Part shown: positions 18,983 to 27,126 of the stretch, piece by piece
How positions within the stretch are numbered: the stretch's first letter is position 1
How the letters are laid out: every line of letters begins with the position of its first letter
Virus record (IMG/VR): IMGVR_UViG_3300036770_006414
Location: 7,189 to 71,188 of that record
Length of the DNA: 64,000 bases
Source of the DNA: a virus
Reading direction: 5' to 3' (one strand)
Position numbers and translations under genes: made by a program
The notes under the pieces: generated by a model
Database searches by the model: none
Told to the model about the DNA's origin: nothing
What the model saw: the letters and a program-made list of their open reading frames with translations, nothing else

Positions 18983-19365
18983 ATATAAACGATGTTTTGC
19001 TAAGGCCGTGGAAGTTTCCAGAGTATCCGTACAGGGCGATCGATCAAGATGGATGCGACTATTACCATCGGCACAAGCCCAAGAGACTCGATGAGGAAGA
19101 GTGGATTGCTGATCTTCGGGGTTGGAACCAAAACAAGTGCCTGGAATACGGTGGCAAAGTCTCCAGCGACTGGGCAAAAGAATGGGAGGAGAGCCTCCAA
19201 ACTCGTGAGGATTACTTAAAAATTAAAATCAAATCAATGAATATCGGAGACAGCGTAGAGTTAGTCTACAGGGGAGAAAAGGTACAAGGGGTAATAACAG
19301 AGATTGCCTCGACCTATTACGTGGTTACCGACTCGCTCGGTAAGGAAACATACGTCGAGATATGA
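18979..19365 (+). CDS. RPW-domain family protein 5
   Basis: RPWKFPEYPYRAIDQDGCDYYHRHKP...WAKEWEESLQ plus an SH3/KOW-like tail. Confidence 0.75.
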   Translation: MNINDVLLRPWKFPEYPYRAIDQDGCDYYHRHKPKRLDEEEWIADLRGWNQNKCLEYGGKVSSDWAKEWEESLQTREDYLKIKIKSMNIGDSVELVYRGEKVQGVITEIASTYYVVTDSLGKETYVEI

Positions 19366-19580
19366 TTTCATTGGCCCTCCTTCTCATACTTGTTCCAATG
19401 GCAGCCATGGAGATGTACGCCGTTATTCTGGGGATCGTTTGTATCGCCTCTCTCCTCGAGACGTTACACCAAACACAGAGCGATCGACACACTCCTTGGC
19501 TGCTTTTATTACTAGTATCGCTGGCAAAGCACGGATTAATAGCGCTAATAGCTATACTTACTTGCGGAGACATACAATAA
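19362..19580 (+). CDS. small membrane protein
   Basis: Highly hydrophobic 72 aa. Confidence 0.55.
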   Translation: MISLALLLILVPMAAMEMYAVILGIVCIASLLETLHQTQSDRHTPWLLLLLVSLAKHGLIALIAILTCGDIQ

Positions 19581-19619
19581 CAGCCAACCAGTACCGTTAT
19601 ACTGTAAAACAACAAGACC

Positions 19620-19883
19620 ATGAAAAGCGAAATCCACGAGAAAGTTTACGGCCAAATAGAATGGAAGCATCCTCGCCTTGAATACAGAGCTGCTGATAAA
19701 AATGGCTACATTTGGTATTACGAATCTCTGCCAGTTCGCGACTTCGATAAGTGCGAGTGGAAAAGTTACGGAACCTCAGATTTCCAGATACACACAGGAG
19801 AAACTGCCAACAGCCAAGACCTCTGGAAGGATTCGCTTCAGACTTTCCAACAGTATCAAGAATCAAAAAAAACAATATCATGA
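19620..19883 (+). CDS. RPW-domain family protein 6
   Basis: EWKHPRLEYRAADKNGYIWYYESLP...LWKDSLQ. Confidence 0.75.
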   Translation: MKSEIHEKVYGQIEWKHPRLEYRAADKNGYIWYYESLPVRDFDKCEWKSYGTSDFQIHTGETANSQDLWKDSLQTFQQYQESKKTIS

Positions 19884-20311
19884 AGAGCAACCACAAGGAC
19901 ATTTACGGCAACATGCCCTGGAAGTATCCAAACCTCAAGTATCGCGCTGTCGACAAGAACGGAAGCGTCTTTTACTATGAAAAGCGCCCAGTAATACGAT
20001 TCGATCACTGGGACCGCATAGAAGATGACTTCGAATTCGTAGAGGATATTGAAGGCATTATCCAAGACGTCATCGGTCGCACCCTCTGGGAACTCAGCCT
20101 GCAGACTTACGATCAGTACTGCCTGGAAAAAGAAGGGTACGAGAGCGAGTATGAGCGCGAGCGCAGGCTCTGGGTCGAGCAGACGATGAGCCGCTTGGTT
20201 GAAATTGTGCCTCCAGTTGCAGCTGATGCCTATTGCCTGTATTACGATCAGATGCGCGATGCGATCAAGCAGTACGCTATTGAGCAACGAAACCTGAATC
20301 AAGAAATCTGA
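19880..20311 (+). CDS. RPW-domain family protein 7
   Basis: MPWKYPNLKYRAVDKNGSVFYYEKRP...LWELSLQ; ATGA-coupled start at 19880. Confidence 0.75.
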   Translation: MKSNHKDIYGNMPWKYPNLKYRAVDKNGSVFYYEKRPVIRFDHWDRIEDDFEFVEDIEGIIQDVIGRTLWELSLQTYDQYCLEKEGYESEYERERRLWVEQTMSRLVEIVPPVAADAYCLYYDQMRDAIKQYAIEQRNLNQEI

Positions 20312-20317
20312 TAACAG

Positions 20318-20350
20318 GTCTGGAGGAGATAAGCCCTTTCCCCTCCAGAC
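20318..20350 (+). repeat. family-B start-linked hairpin
   Basis: GTCTGGAGGAG...CCCCTCCAGAC; 16 nt to ATG 20367. Confidence 0.75.
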
Positions 20351-20366
20351 GCAAAAAAAGTATAGA

Positions 20367-20549
20367 ATGATAATCTTAGCCGTTTTATTATCGCCCCTTA
20401 TTGGCATTCTTCTATACACCGCTGCATACAGATACATGTACAAAGAAACCGAGGACTTGTTATTGTCGACTTGGTTCGGCATAGTAGCCATCTGGTTTTT
20501 GATCGTAATATCGTGTTTGATCTTTTCGATTCCATGGAAAATAAACTAA
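20367..20549 (+). CDS. small membrane protein
   Basis: Two hydrophobic segments. Confidence 0.6.
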   Translation: MIILAVLLSPLIGILLYTAAYRYMYKETEDLLLSTWFGIVAIWFLIVISCLIFSIPWKIN

Positions 20550-20753
20550 TTGCCAATGTCAATATTACTAGGAGTACTCATAGGTTCGATGGTTGGCTTC
20601 CAGGCTGCCGACAAGATTCATGAAGACGCCCTCGATTACGGATACAGCAGAAGCACGGCTTTAGTAGCCGCCATGACTGTGTATGCCCTAATCATAGCAT
20701 GGATAGCCACACTGTTTTGGGCATTTGTTGAAACCATCAAATACATATTTTAA
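20550..20753 (+). CDS. small membrane protein
   Basis: Two hydrophobic segments. Confidence 0.6.
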   Translation: MPMSILLGVLIGSMVGFQAADKIHEDALDYGYSRSTALVAAMTVYALIIAWIATLFWAFVETIKYIF

Positions 20754-20755
20754 TC

Positions 20756-20935
20756 ATGGCAATATTATTGTCTTTGTTCATAATTATTGGATCCTGGTTA
20801 TTGTTAAATGCAGCTGGAGAGGCACTGGAAGAGTCTGGCATCTTAAACATAACCTCGATTGCCCTAGTTATCGCAGGAGCATTGCTTACGTTAATCAACA
20901 TCACTTACTTGGCCAAGGGATTGGCAACAAATTAA
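20756..20935 (+). CDS. small membrane protein (59 aa, below the ORF track cutoff)
   Basis: Hand-translated MAILLSLFIIIGSWLLLNAAGEALEESGILNITSIALVIAGALLTLINITYLAKGLATN. Confidence 0.55.
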   Translation: MAILLSLFIIIGSWLLLNAAGEALEESGILNITSIALVIAGALLTLINITYLAKGLATN

Positions 20936-20944
20936 TAACAGCTA

Positions 20945-21733
20945 ATGAATAACAACAGCAAGGTGTCACCTTTGAAAAGACCATGGTTGCATCCAGAGTA
21001 CCCATGGCGGGCCGTAGACAAAGGATCGCGATTCTTCTACTACAAGCGAAAACCAGAAAAAGGCACAGTATGTTGGTGGGGCAGCAGCGAGTTTATAGAA
21101 ACATCCCCAACTGATGTAAATTGGGCCGAACAACACTGGGAATACAGCCTGCAGTCGATCGAAGACTGGAAGCGAATGAGGCTAGACGGCAAAAACGTTC
21201 TCGAAAGACCATGGGAAGAAGATCCTCAAGTGTGCCCGTACCGCGCAGTCGATCGTAACGGAAGGACGTATTACTACGAGCACGAACCTTGGATTATGGC
21301 AGAAGAAGGCCTCTTCGCAGAGTCTAAATCGGGAGTCATAACCGATGGCTTGCCAATCGATGAATACTGGGCTGCCGAAAACTGGCAGTTTTCCATGCAG
21401 AATTACCAAGAGTACCTTAATCTTATTCAAACCTCTCCTCTCGAGACAAAAAACAATATCATGAATGACGCAAGAAGAAAGTACTTCCAACACCCAATGT
21501 GGGGAGTGCTATTGAAAGGGAAAGACGGGATGTTGTACAACACCAACAACGACGAAGTGTATATCGACGATCCAGAAAATCTCGAAACCGTCTACCAGTA
21601 CGAGCGCCGCCTGTTTGTCGAAGAGGCCATACTTCGAATAATTGGCAACGGAGACAAGCCAGGACTCAACGACGCCAGAGTCTTGTCAGACCTTTACGAT
21701 AACCTCCAGGAGGTACTCAAAGAAAAGCCATGA
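20945..21733 (+). CDS. RPW-domain family protein 8 (two tandem domains)
   Basis: RPWLHPEYPWRAVDK...WAEQHWEYSLQ and RPWEEDPQVCPYRAVDRNGRTYYYEHEP...WAAENWQFSMQ. Confidence 0.8.
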   Translation: MNNNSKVSPLKRPWLHPEYPWRAVDKGSRFFYYKRKPEKGTVCWWGSSEFIETSPTDVNWAEQHWEYSLQSIEDWKRMRLDGKNVLERPWEEDPQVCPYRAVDRNGRTYYYEHEPWIMAEEGLFAESKSGVITDGLPIDEYWAAENWQFSMQNYQEYLNLIQTSPLETKNNIMNDARRKYFQHPMWGVLLKGKDGMLYNTNNDEVYIDDPENLETVYQYERRLFVEEAILRIIGNGDKPGLNDARVLSDLYDNLQEVLKEKP

Positions 21734-21924
21734 AGCGAATCATCAAGCTGATATTCACCATCAAGTACGTACTCCGCGGCAAAGACCCTGGAGACTGCCT
21801 AATACGGGTGCGTAACGCCCACTACCTTTTTGAGGCGATGTGGGACGAGATATGGACAGAGAAACCTCCTATTCCTCAACAAAAACTATATCAAGATGTC
21901 TTTAGTAATTCGCGTAATCCTTAA
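21730..21924 (+). CDS. hypothetical protein
   Basis: 64 aa, ATGA-coupled. Confidence 0.5.
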   Translation: MKRIIKLIFTIKYVLRGKDPGDCLIRVRNAHYLFEAMWDEIWTEKPPIPQQKLYQDVFSNSRNP

Positions 21925-22282
21925 GGTCGTTCTGGTCGCCATGCTCGTTTACGGCCTGTTTGCCTGCCAGCCCGACCACACCAGAGACATGCCCAAGCGG
22001 GCCATGTTTCTGGACTCCCTCAAAGTCGCCAGAGAGGAGAGCAATAAGACCAGGCGACGACTTGATTCACTCCAACAACAAATCGATGACCAAGACGATT
22101 TTATTGATAGCTATAATAGCGGCATCATGCCAAAAAGACGCTATGGAAGTAGTAGAAGTAGCTACCCAACAAGCACAACAAATTACTCGCGTCCAAGAGA
22201 TGCGTCGCCAAGTACGAGCCGATATGGAACGACGATCTCAACTTCGAGCAGAAGTAGCCGCCGCGCTGGCCGCCACCGATAG
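21896..22282 (+). CDS. putative lipoprotein
   Basis: VILKVVLVAMLVYGLFA-C lipobox followed by a coiled-coil; likely ATG 21896. Confidence 0.5.
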   Translation: MSLVIRVILKVVLVAMLVYGLFACQPDHTRDMPKRAMFLDSLKVAREESNKTRRRLDSLQQQIDDQDDFIDSYNSGIMPKRRYGSSRSSYPTSTTNYSRPRDASPSTSRYGTTISTSSRSSRRAGRHR

Positions 22283-22421
22283 CCTCACGAGATTCATCAT
22301 GGGCATAGACCACCCCAGCTTCAGAAAGTACGACTGGCATAAAACCTTCATAGATCCATTTTACGAACCACTGCACAGGGCCCTCGACGAGAGGGTTCCT
22401 GGTATAATCATAAAACAATGA
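22086..22421 (+). CDS. putative lipoprotein
   Basis: MTKTILLIAIIAAS-C lipobox followed by a coiled-coil; likely ATG 22086. Confidence 0.6.
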   Translation: MTKTILLIAIIAASCQKDAMEVVEVATQQAQQITRVQEMRRQVRADMERRSQLRAEVAAALAATDSLTRFIMGIDHPSFRKYDWHKTFIDPFYEPLHRALDERVPGIIIKQ

Positions 22422-23002
22422 AAGACAGACCCTGGCTTTACCCCCAGTACAGATACCGCGGGATACAACCCTGCGGCACACAGTTCTACACAAACACAAT
22501 GCCCACGAAACTCGAAAGCATGTGGGGACTCGATATCCATACCACCATCATAACCGATAACACCGAACCCGAACTCAACTGGCTGAGAATCCAGCAAGCT
22601 ACCCCCGAGCAACTGTCACAATTCTTCGAGTCACAGATAAAAGCCAAAGTAGTCACCCAGCACCAGAAAACATCCATCAAGGTGGATTGTATCGTCACCG
22701 CCAACCTCGAAGTGTTTATCCGTAGCCACCAAAACGCATTCCCAGATATCAACATAACCTACGGATCATACCACAGATGCCAAGGCCTCGATATCGAGGT
22801 CAACGACCCCGTACTCGAAGCCATGCAATGGGTCCTGAGAGGAGAATACCGAGTACGCCAAGTAAACCTGATCACCCACGGAATCCTGGCCGTAACCGAA
22901 GGATGGATACTCAAAGAAACACACCTCTTCAAAGTCGAACAGTACAAGCTGCGAACCCTGGACAAAGGAGTACCAGTAGAAAAAGGACTTATCTGGGACT
23001 AA
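22418..23002 (+). CDS. RPW-domain family protein 9 (divergent)
   Basis: RPWLYPQYRYRGIQPCGTQFYTNTMP at the N-terminus. Confidence 0.65.
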   Translation: MKDRPWLYPQYRYRGIQPCGTQFYTNTMPTKLESMWGLDIHTTIITDNTEPELNWLRIQQATPEQLSQFFESQIKAKVVTQHQKTSIKVDCIVTANLEVFIRSHQNAFPDINITYGSYHRCQGLDIEVNDPVLEAMQWVLRGEYRVRQVNLITHGILAVTEGWILKETHLFKVEQYKLRTLDKGVPVEKGLIWD

Positions 23003-23079
23003 AAACACGCAATAAACACCAACAGACCCACGTTATACAGTAAACAATCATTTATTTTACCTCCTCAAGACGAAAGACA

Positions 23080-23337
23080 ATGCAAGAAGAAGTTAAAATC
23101 GCAGTAAACCAGTTGAAAGAGGCCGCCATCAGCCAAGCCCTCCGCCCAAAAAACCAATGCCTGATCCGCATGCAATACGACGGCGAAAAAGGCGAATTTG
23201 AACTCGATGGCAACGGGGAAGACGTCGTCAAGATTCTATCAAGAAGCATCCTATCAAGCTCAGACTTCGAAGCCATGATAGAAAGCGCCTGCAGACTCGC
23301 CCAGGTCGTCCGCGAAGCAACCAAAGAACTAGAGTAG
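23080..23337 (+). CDS. hypothetical protein
   Basis: 85 aa, last gene before the terminator. Confidence 0.6.
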   Translation: MQEEVKIAVNQLKEAAISQALRPKNQCLIRMQYDGEKGEFELDGNGEDVVKILSRSILSSSDFEAMIESACRLAQVVREATKELE

Positions 23338-23359
23338 CATGATTCTGATTTGTGTTTTC

Positions 23360-23390
23360 AGGGGACTCCACACCAGGGTCCCCCTTTTTT
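23360..23390 (+). terminator. intrinsic terminator
   Basis: GGGGAC(T)-loop-(G)GTCCCC followed by T6. Confidence 0.7.
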
Positions 23391-23474
23391 ATTACCCCCC
23401 CATAATACCCCAAGGAGAAAATACCCCCCCCCCAAAGGTAGCGAATCCGCCACCTTTAAAACTGCTAGCAATAG

Positions 23475-23542
23475 AGTGAGTTACGTGCCCACATAATGTT
23501 GAGTGAGTTGCGAGCTTGTGTATTATATAGTGAGTTACGTGC
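23475..23542. repeat. three 14-bp direct repeats with 27-bp period (iteron-like)
   Basis: AGTGAGTTACGTGC at 23475 and 23529; AGTGAGTTGCGAGC at 23502. Confidence 0.8.
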
Positions 23543-23825
23543 GGGGGACTCGTAACTGGCGACCGTCCCCCCGTTTCCCGTTTGGGAAACAGCCCCCCCC
23601 GAATTTCAAACGAAAAGTTTTTTTTGGCCCTATAATTAAAACTGTTTGTATCGCTTGTTGTTTTTGGCCGTTTATTTTGGCTGTGTTGCCTTTTTCCTGT
23701 TGGCAGGTATTTTGGTATTGTTTTGTAATTAAAAGCCCACACAACGGCTGCAATTGGGTAAATAAAACGTTTGTATATTGCGCGGTTGTTGTAATTAAAA
23801 ACGTTTGAAAATAATTTAAAAAATA

Positions 23826-23856
23826 TTTGGAAATATAAAAAACGTTTGTACCTTTG
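23826..23856 (+). promoter_or_regulatory. Bacteroidota sigma70 promoter (consensus match)
   Basis: TTTG (23826-29), 19-nt spacer, TACCTTTG (23849-56). Confidence 0.8.
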
Positions 23857-23933
23857 TACCGTTGCAAACAACAAACGGCAAAAGCGCCGTTTCCCAATTA
23901 GGCAAAAATATTTCAAAAATTTTTTGAAAAAAG

Positions 23934-23965
23934 CTTGCACAATTGGGGAAACGTTTGTACCTTTG
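23934..23965 (+). promoter_or_regulatory. second tandem Bacteroidota sigma70 promoter
   Basis: CTTG, 20-nt spacer, TACCTTTG (23958-65). Shares AAACGTTTGTACCTTTGT with the first promoter. Confidence 0.75.
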
Positions 23966-23989
23966 TTTCAACAACAAAATGAAAAAACG

Positions 23990-24250
23990 ATGAAAAAATT
24001 TTACAACTTTTTGCTTAACATCCCTACGGGGATGGCTTTCGGCAAGCTCGCTACCTACATAGCCAGCTACCACCAGCAGGCAGATAGCCTGCAATCATTT
24101 TTAACGTTTTTGGCCGTAGTTGCCTGTTTAGCGTTATTAGCAGCTCCCTTCTGTACTCCGTTTATTACGGATTGCGAAGACGAAGACTACCCAACAACGC
24201 AGGCCATTGCAGCCTTCGTTTTGGCTGCAGCCGTAGTTGTTGCCCTGTAA
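23990..24250 (+). CDS. membrane protein, first gene after the tandem promoters
   Basis: ATG 23990; hydrophobic segments. Confidence 0.65.
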   Translation: MKKFYNFLLNIPTGMAFGKLATYIASYHQQADSLQSFLTFLAVVACLALLAAPFCTPFITDCEDEDYPTTQAIAAFVLAAAVVVAL

Positions 24251-24288
24251 GGTAAGCGCTGGGTTCGACTCCCAGCCAGGGCTCTAAA
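24242..24288 (+). ncRNA. family-A tRNA-elbow-like element 1
   Basis: GCCCTG-taaggtaagc-GCTGGG-TTCGACT-CCCAGC-CAGGGC-tCTAAA. Confidence 0.8.
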
Positions 24289-24297
24289 TTTTTGAGT

Positions 24298-24549
24298 ATG
24301 AAAAAGAGGATACCCATGCCATCTCACCAGTACTGGAAGGACTGGTTTGATGACCTGCAAGAGCGGACTGGATTCAGGCTTATGCCTAGAGCTCTGGCAG
24401 TTATTATCAACATCGCGGAGGAGATAGACCCTCCGCATGAGGACTTCGAGCTTCTGTATAATATGCACACCATTGGGGGAGACCTCGATGGGGAGCTATA
24501 TACAATAGATAATGACGAGTACCACCAATGGTGGCTCGTTAGCCGATAG
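24298..24549 (+). CDS. hypothetical protein (paralog of 24617-24940)
   Basis: MPS..YW..WF..GFRLMPRA...MHTIGG. Confidence 0.7.
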   Translation: MKKRIPMPSHQYWKDWFDDLQERTGFRLMPRALAVIINIAEEIDPPHEDFELLYNMHTIGGDLDGELYTIDNDEYHQWWLVSR

Positions 24550-24557
24550 CCCCTCTC

Positions 24558-24606
24558 CTCTCCCGACGGTCCTAGTAGGGGTTCGATTCCTCTAGGGAGA
24601 GCTAAA
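24558..24606 (+). ncRNA. family-A tRNA-elbow-like element 2
   Basis: CTCTCCC-gacggtcctag-TAGGGG-TTCGATT-CCTCTA-GGGAGAG-CTAAA. Confidence 0.85.
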
Positions 24607-24616
24607 TATTAATGAT

Positions 24617-24940
24617 ATGGCAGTTGTGAACATACGCGAAAGCGGCTTGTCCAGCCGCCTTGAGCGAATGCCATCCGTAGACAAATGGATAGCATACTTC
24701 TCCAAGCGGAGAGAGGAGGACGGCTTTGAGCTGACCCCTCGAGCCAAGGACAAGCTGCAATTTCTGCTCATCGAGGCTGACGAGCAGGATTTCGACTACT
24801 ACTTGGATGATCTGATAAGCCTCCATTGCATAGGCGGCACAACCGAGAAGGATTACCTTCTAATTGTCGACGAGGAGGAATTAGGTATATATATATGCGA
24901 CCTAGACTCCTACATGGCTACCTATCACTACAAACGATAG
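24617..24940 (+). CDS. hypothetical protein (paralog of 24298-24549)
   Basis: MPS..KW..YF..GFELTPRA...LHCIGG. Confidence 0.7.
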   Translation: MAVVNIRESGLSSRLERMPSVDKWIAYFSKRREEDGFELTPRAKDKLQFLLIEADEQDFDYYLDDLISLHCIGGTTEKDYLLIVDEEELGIYICDLDSYMATYHYKR

Positions 24941-24948
24941 GCTGCCCA

Positions 24949-24996
24949 CCACCTCAACGGTTCCTCGCGGGTTCGATTCCCGCGGAGGTGGCTAAA
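24949..24996 (+). ncRNA. family-A tRNA-elbow-like element 3
   Basis: CCACCTC-aacggttcct-CGCGGG-TTCGATT-CCCGCG-GAGGTGG-CTAAA. Confidence 0.85.
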
Positions 24997-25006
24997 TTTT
25001 ACCGAT

Positions 25007-25285
25007 ATGGAACAAATTGTCAAGATGCCCGACCTAGTGCATCAATGGAGAAACTTTATCTACTTCGGGACGACTTCGAGCATGAAATTTCTGCCGATAG
25101 CGAGGCAGTGGTTGGACCAGCTGAATGACTCGGAGCGATTGGAACCAGTAAAAAAGGTGGCCGCACAAGCCGAGGCTATCATGAAACTACATGGCCTGCC
25201 TGCCATCTGTTTCGACGACGACGGCGTATACAGGCTAGTTGCCTACGAGGCAGGCTTTGGCCTCGAGCGCCTGACAAGGGTATAA
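25007..25285 (+). CDS. hypothetical protein
   Basis: 92 aa between two family-A elements. Confidence 0.7.
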   Translation: MEQIVKMPDLVHQWRNFIYFGTTSSMKFLPIARQWLDQLNDSERLEPVKKVAAQAEAIMKLHGLPAICFDDDGVYRLVAYEAGFGLERLTRV

Positions 25286-25292
25286 ACCCTTC

Positions 25293-25341
25293 CTCTCCCG
25301 ACGGTCTACACGTAGGTTCGACTCCTACGGGGAGAGCTAAA
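25293..25341 (+). ncRNA. family-A tRNA-elbow-like element 4
   Basis: CTCTCCC-gacggtctaca-CGTAGG-TTCGACT-CCTACG-GGGAGAG-CTAAA. Confidence 0.85.
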
Positions 25342-25351
25342 CAATACTGAT

Positions 25352-25723
25352 ATGACAATATTCCTTGGTGGCAGCTGGCCAGAGGCTGCCCAGAACTTGG
25401 TACGGGGGGCGTGGTGTGGCCTCTACGAAATACACTACCTTACTAAGAACGACGTCGTCGACCTTTCGTTCTGCCAGTACGACGACCCGAGCCCTAGGCT
25501 GGTCAAGAAACTAACCAACAGGTTACGCATTGTCAAGGCAGGCCAGCAATGGTTCAGCCTGAGACAAAACGGGAACGCGGTATTTTTATACCCGACGCCC
25601 GATTATAAATTCCTTTGCGAGTACCTCGATATGACGTTTGAAAGCTACGAGGATGCCCAAAAACACTTTCAAAGCGTGGAGGTGGCGGTCGAGCGGGGAG
25701 ATCTCGTCCCCATTGAAGATTAA
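25352..25723 (+). CDS. hypothetical protein
   Basis: 123 aa between two family-A elements. Confidence 0.7.
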   Translation: MTIFLGGSWPEAAQNLVRGAWCGLYEIHYLTKNDVVDLSFCQYDDPSPRLVKKLTNRLRIVKAGQQWFSLRQNGNAVFLYPTPDYKFLCEYLDMTFESYEDAQKHFQSVEVAVERGDLVPIED

Positions 25724-25733
25724 GTAGCCTGTT

Positions 25734-25780
25734 TTCCCCGACGGTCTTTGCGCGGGTTCGACTCCCGCGGGGGAGCTAAA
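25734..25780 (+). ncRNA. family-A tRNA-elbow-like element 5
   Basis: TTCCCC-gacggtctttg-CGCGGG-TTCGACT-CCCGCG-GGGGAG-CTAAA. Confidence 0.85.
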
Positions 25781-25790
25781 CTTTACCGAT

Positions 25791-26159
25791 ATGGAAAAAT
25801 GGAAAGCGTCGGACTACTTTGCCGACAACAGGGGCATCGTCCCTATGAAGGGAATGTTCCTATACAGACCAATGGGCGACGGATGTACCGAGTATAGGTA
25901 CATCAACAGCGTACAAGAAAGGGGTCTGCGCCCCAGAAAATACCTCGTAACCGTCGCAATAGACGACGAGGAACTATACGACCACCTAGACAGCTCCGAG
26001 ATGGAGGTGACAGGCGACGGACTCGAAAAAAACGTGGTGCGCGACTTGCAGGAGTACTTCCTCCGCAAGCGAGTAATTTACGCCGACGAACCCCACCCCA
26101 TGGAGGAATTCGAAGGGCTGTTTTTTACCCACGACGTGACCGAAATACCCTGCGAATAA
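25791..26159 (+). CDS. hypothetical protein
   Basis: 122 aa, acidic. Confidence 0.7.
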   Translation: MEKWKASDYFADNRGIVPMKGMFLYRPMGDGCTEYRYINSVQERGLRPRKYLVTVAIDDEELYDHLDSSEMEVTGDGLEKNVVRDLQEYFLRKRVIYADEPHPMEEFEGLFFTHDVTEIPCE

Positions 26160-26184
26160 CAAGCTGACATACAAGTTAAACAAC

Positions 26185-26231
26185 GTCTGGAGGGGATAGG
26201 CCTGCCAACGGGACACCCTTCCTCTCCAGAC
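26185..26231 (+). repeat. family-B start-linked hairpin
   Basis: GTCTGGAGGGGA...TCCTCTCCAGAC; 17 nt to ATG 26249. Confidence 0.75.
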
Positions 26232-26248
26232 CCAAAAACAACGCAGAT

Positions 26249-26785
26249 ATGAAACACGCATTTATTTGGGCTGACAAAAACGGCCTCAGCGGCAACCCTT
26301 GGGCTGATGGCTCACACGCATTGATAACCAAGGCAGCAACAACCAAAAAGGTAAAGGTAAACCCCAAGGCAATACACGACCTGATAACCCTTGCCTATTC
26401 AATAGACGAGGAGGCCGAGGTAGAAGCCCGAGCCTACCTTATGGATCGAGACTGGGTATTCAAAGAAGGCGGCAAAAAGTATTATATCGACCAGGACAAG
26501 GACGGTACAATATGGGCAGTAGAAGTAGGGAGGTTCCTCAACGAACCAGACCCCAACCGCCCTTGGGAATACAAAGACCTGGCCTTCCGATATATCGACG
26601 AGCAGGGGCGTGAATGGTACTCCAAGGCAGCACCAGTACGGTTCACAAAGTACAACCTCTGGACACACCACGAGGAGCGGCCAATGTTGCGCCAGTCAAC
26701 AGCAAAGCCTATACCAATGGGAGCACGCTGGACAGCAGCCAATTGGGCAAACAGCCTCCAGCACATACCAATAGAACTCGAATAA
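26249..26785 (+). CDS. RPW-domain family protein 10, fused to a 29613/29894-like domain
   Basis: C-terminal RPWEYKDLAFRYIDEQGREWYSKAAP...WTAANWANSLQ; N-terminal KVKVNPKAIHDL...RDWVF. Confidence 0.7.
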   Translation: MKHAFIWADKNGLSGNPWADGSHALITKAATTKKVKVNPKAIHDLITLAYSIDEEAEVEARAYLMDRDWVFKEGGKKYYIDQDKDGTIWAVEVGRFLNEPDPNRPWEYKDLAFRYIDEQGREWYSKAAPVRFTKYNLWTHHEERPMLRQSTAKPIPMGARWTAANWANSLQHIPIELE

Positions 26786-26792
26786 CCGAACC

Positions 26793-26829
26793 GTCGGGAG
26801 GCGAGAGGCGACCCCTTTACCCTCCCGAC
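26793..26829 (+). repeat. family-B start-linked hairpin
   Basis: GTCGGGAGG...CCTCCCGAC with a compensatory G-C pair; 14 nt to ATG 26844. Confidence 0.8.
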
Positions 26830-26843
26830 AAAAAACAAAGACC

Positions 26844-27116
26844 ATGTATATAGACTATTGGCCAACAGAAACAACAGAGCCAAACGAGGATGAACGTTGG
26901 CTACCATTTGCCGATACTTGGCTAGATGCTTGCGAAGAGATTGCAAGCAAGCGCAGATACTCCGCAGAAGCCCGCAAGATAGCAAAGGCCTATTTAATGG
27001 CGTCGAGCGACGAGCGAGAGAAGGAGCTGACAGACGAATTAGAGCTATTGCCAGACATAGGTACAGGCAGACGCCTTCGGGGAGGGTTGTTTGAAATTGA
27101 ATATCAAGCTGTTTAA
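26844..27116 (+). CDS. hypothetical protein
   Basis: 90 aa. Confidence 0.65.
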   Translation: MYIDYWPTETTEPNEDERWLPFADTWLDACEEIASKRRYSAEARKIAKAYLMASSDEREKELTDELELLPDIGTGRRLRGGLFEIEYQAV

Positions 27117-27126
27117 AAATACCGCC

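Noticed and set aside
23392-23940. ORFs 23392-23940(-), 23503-23808(+) and 23535-23897(-)
   Set aside because: They run across promoters, homopolymer tracts and iteron-like repeats, and the translations are low-complexity; treated as non-coding.
24242-25780. Regularly recurring repeats as a CRISPR array or integron attC array
   Set aside because: The intervening sequences are whole genes of 250-370 bp, the repeats conserve structure rather than sequence, there are no GTTRRRY/RYYYAAC cores, and no cas or integrase gene is in the window.
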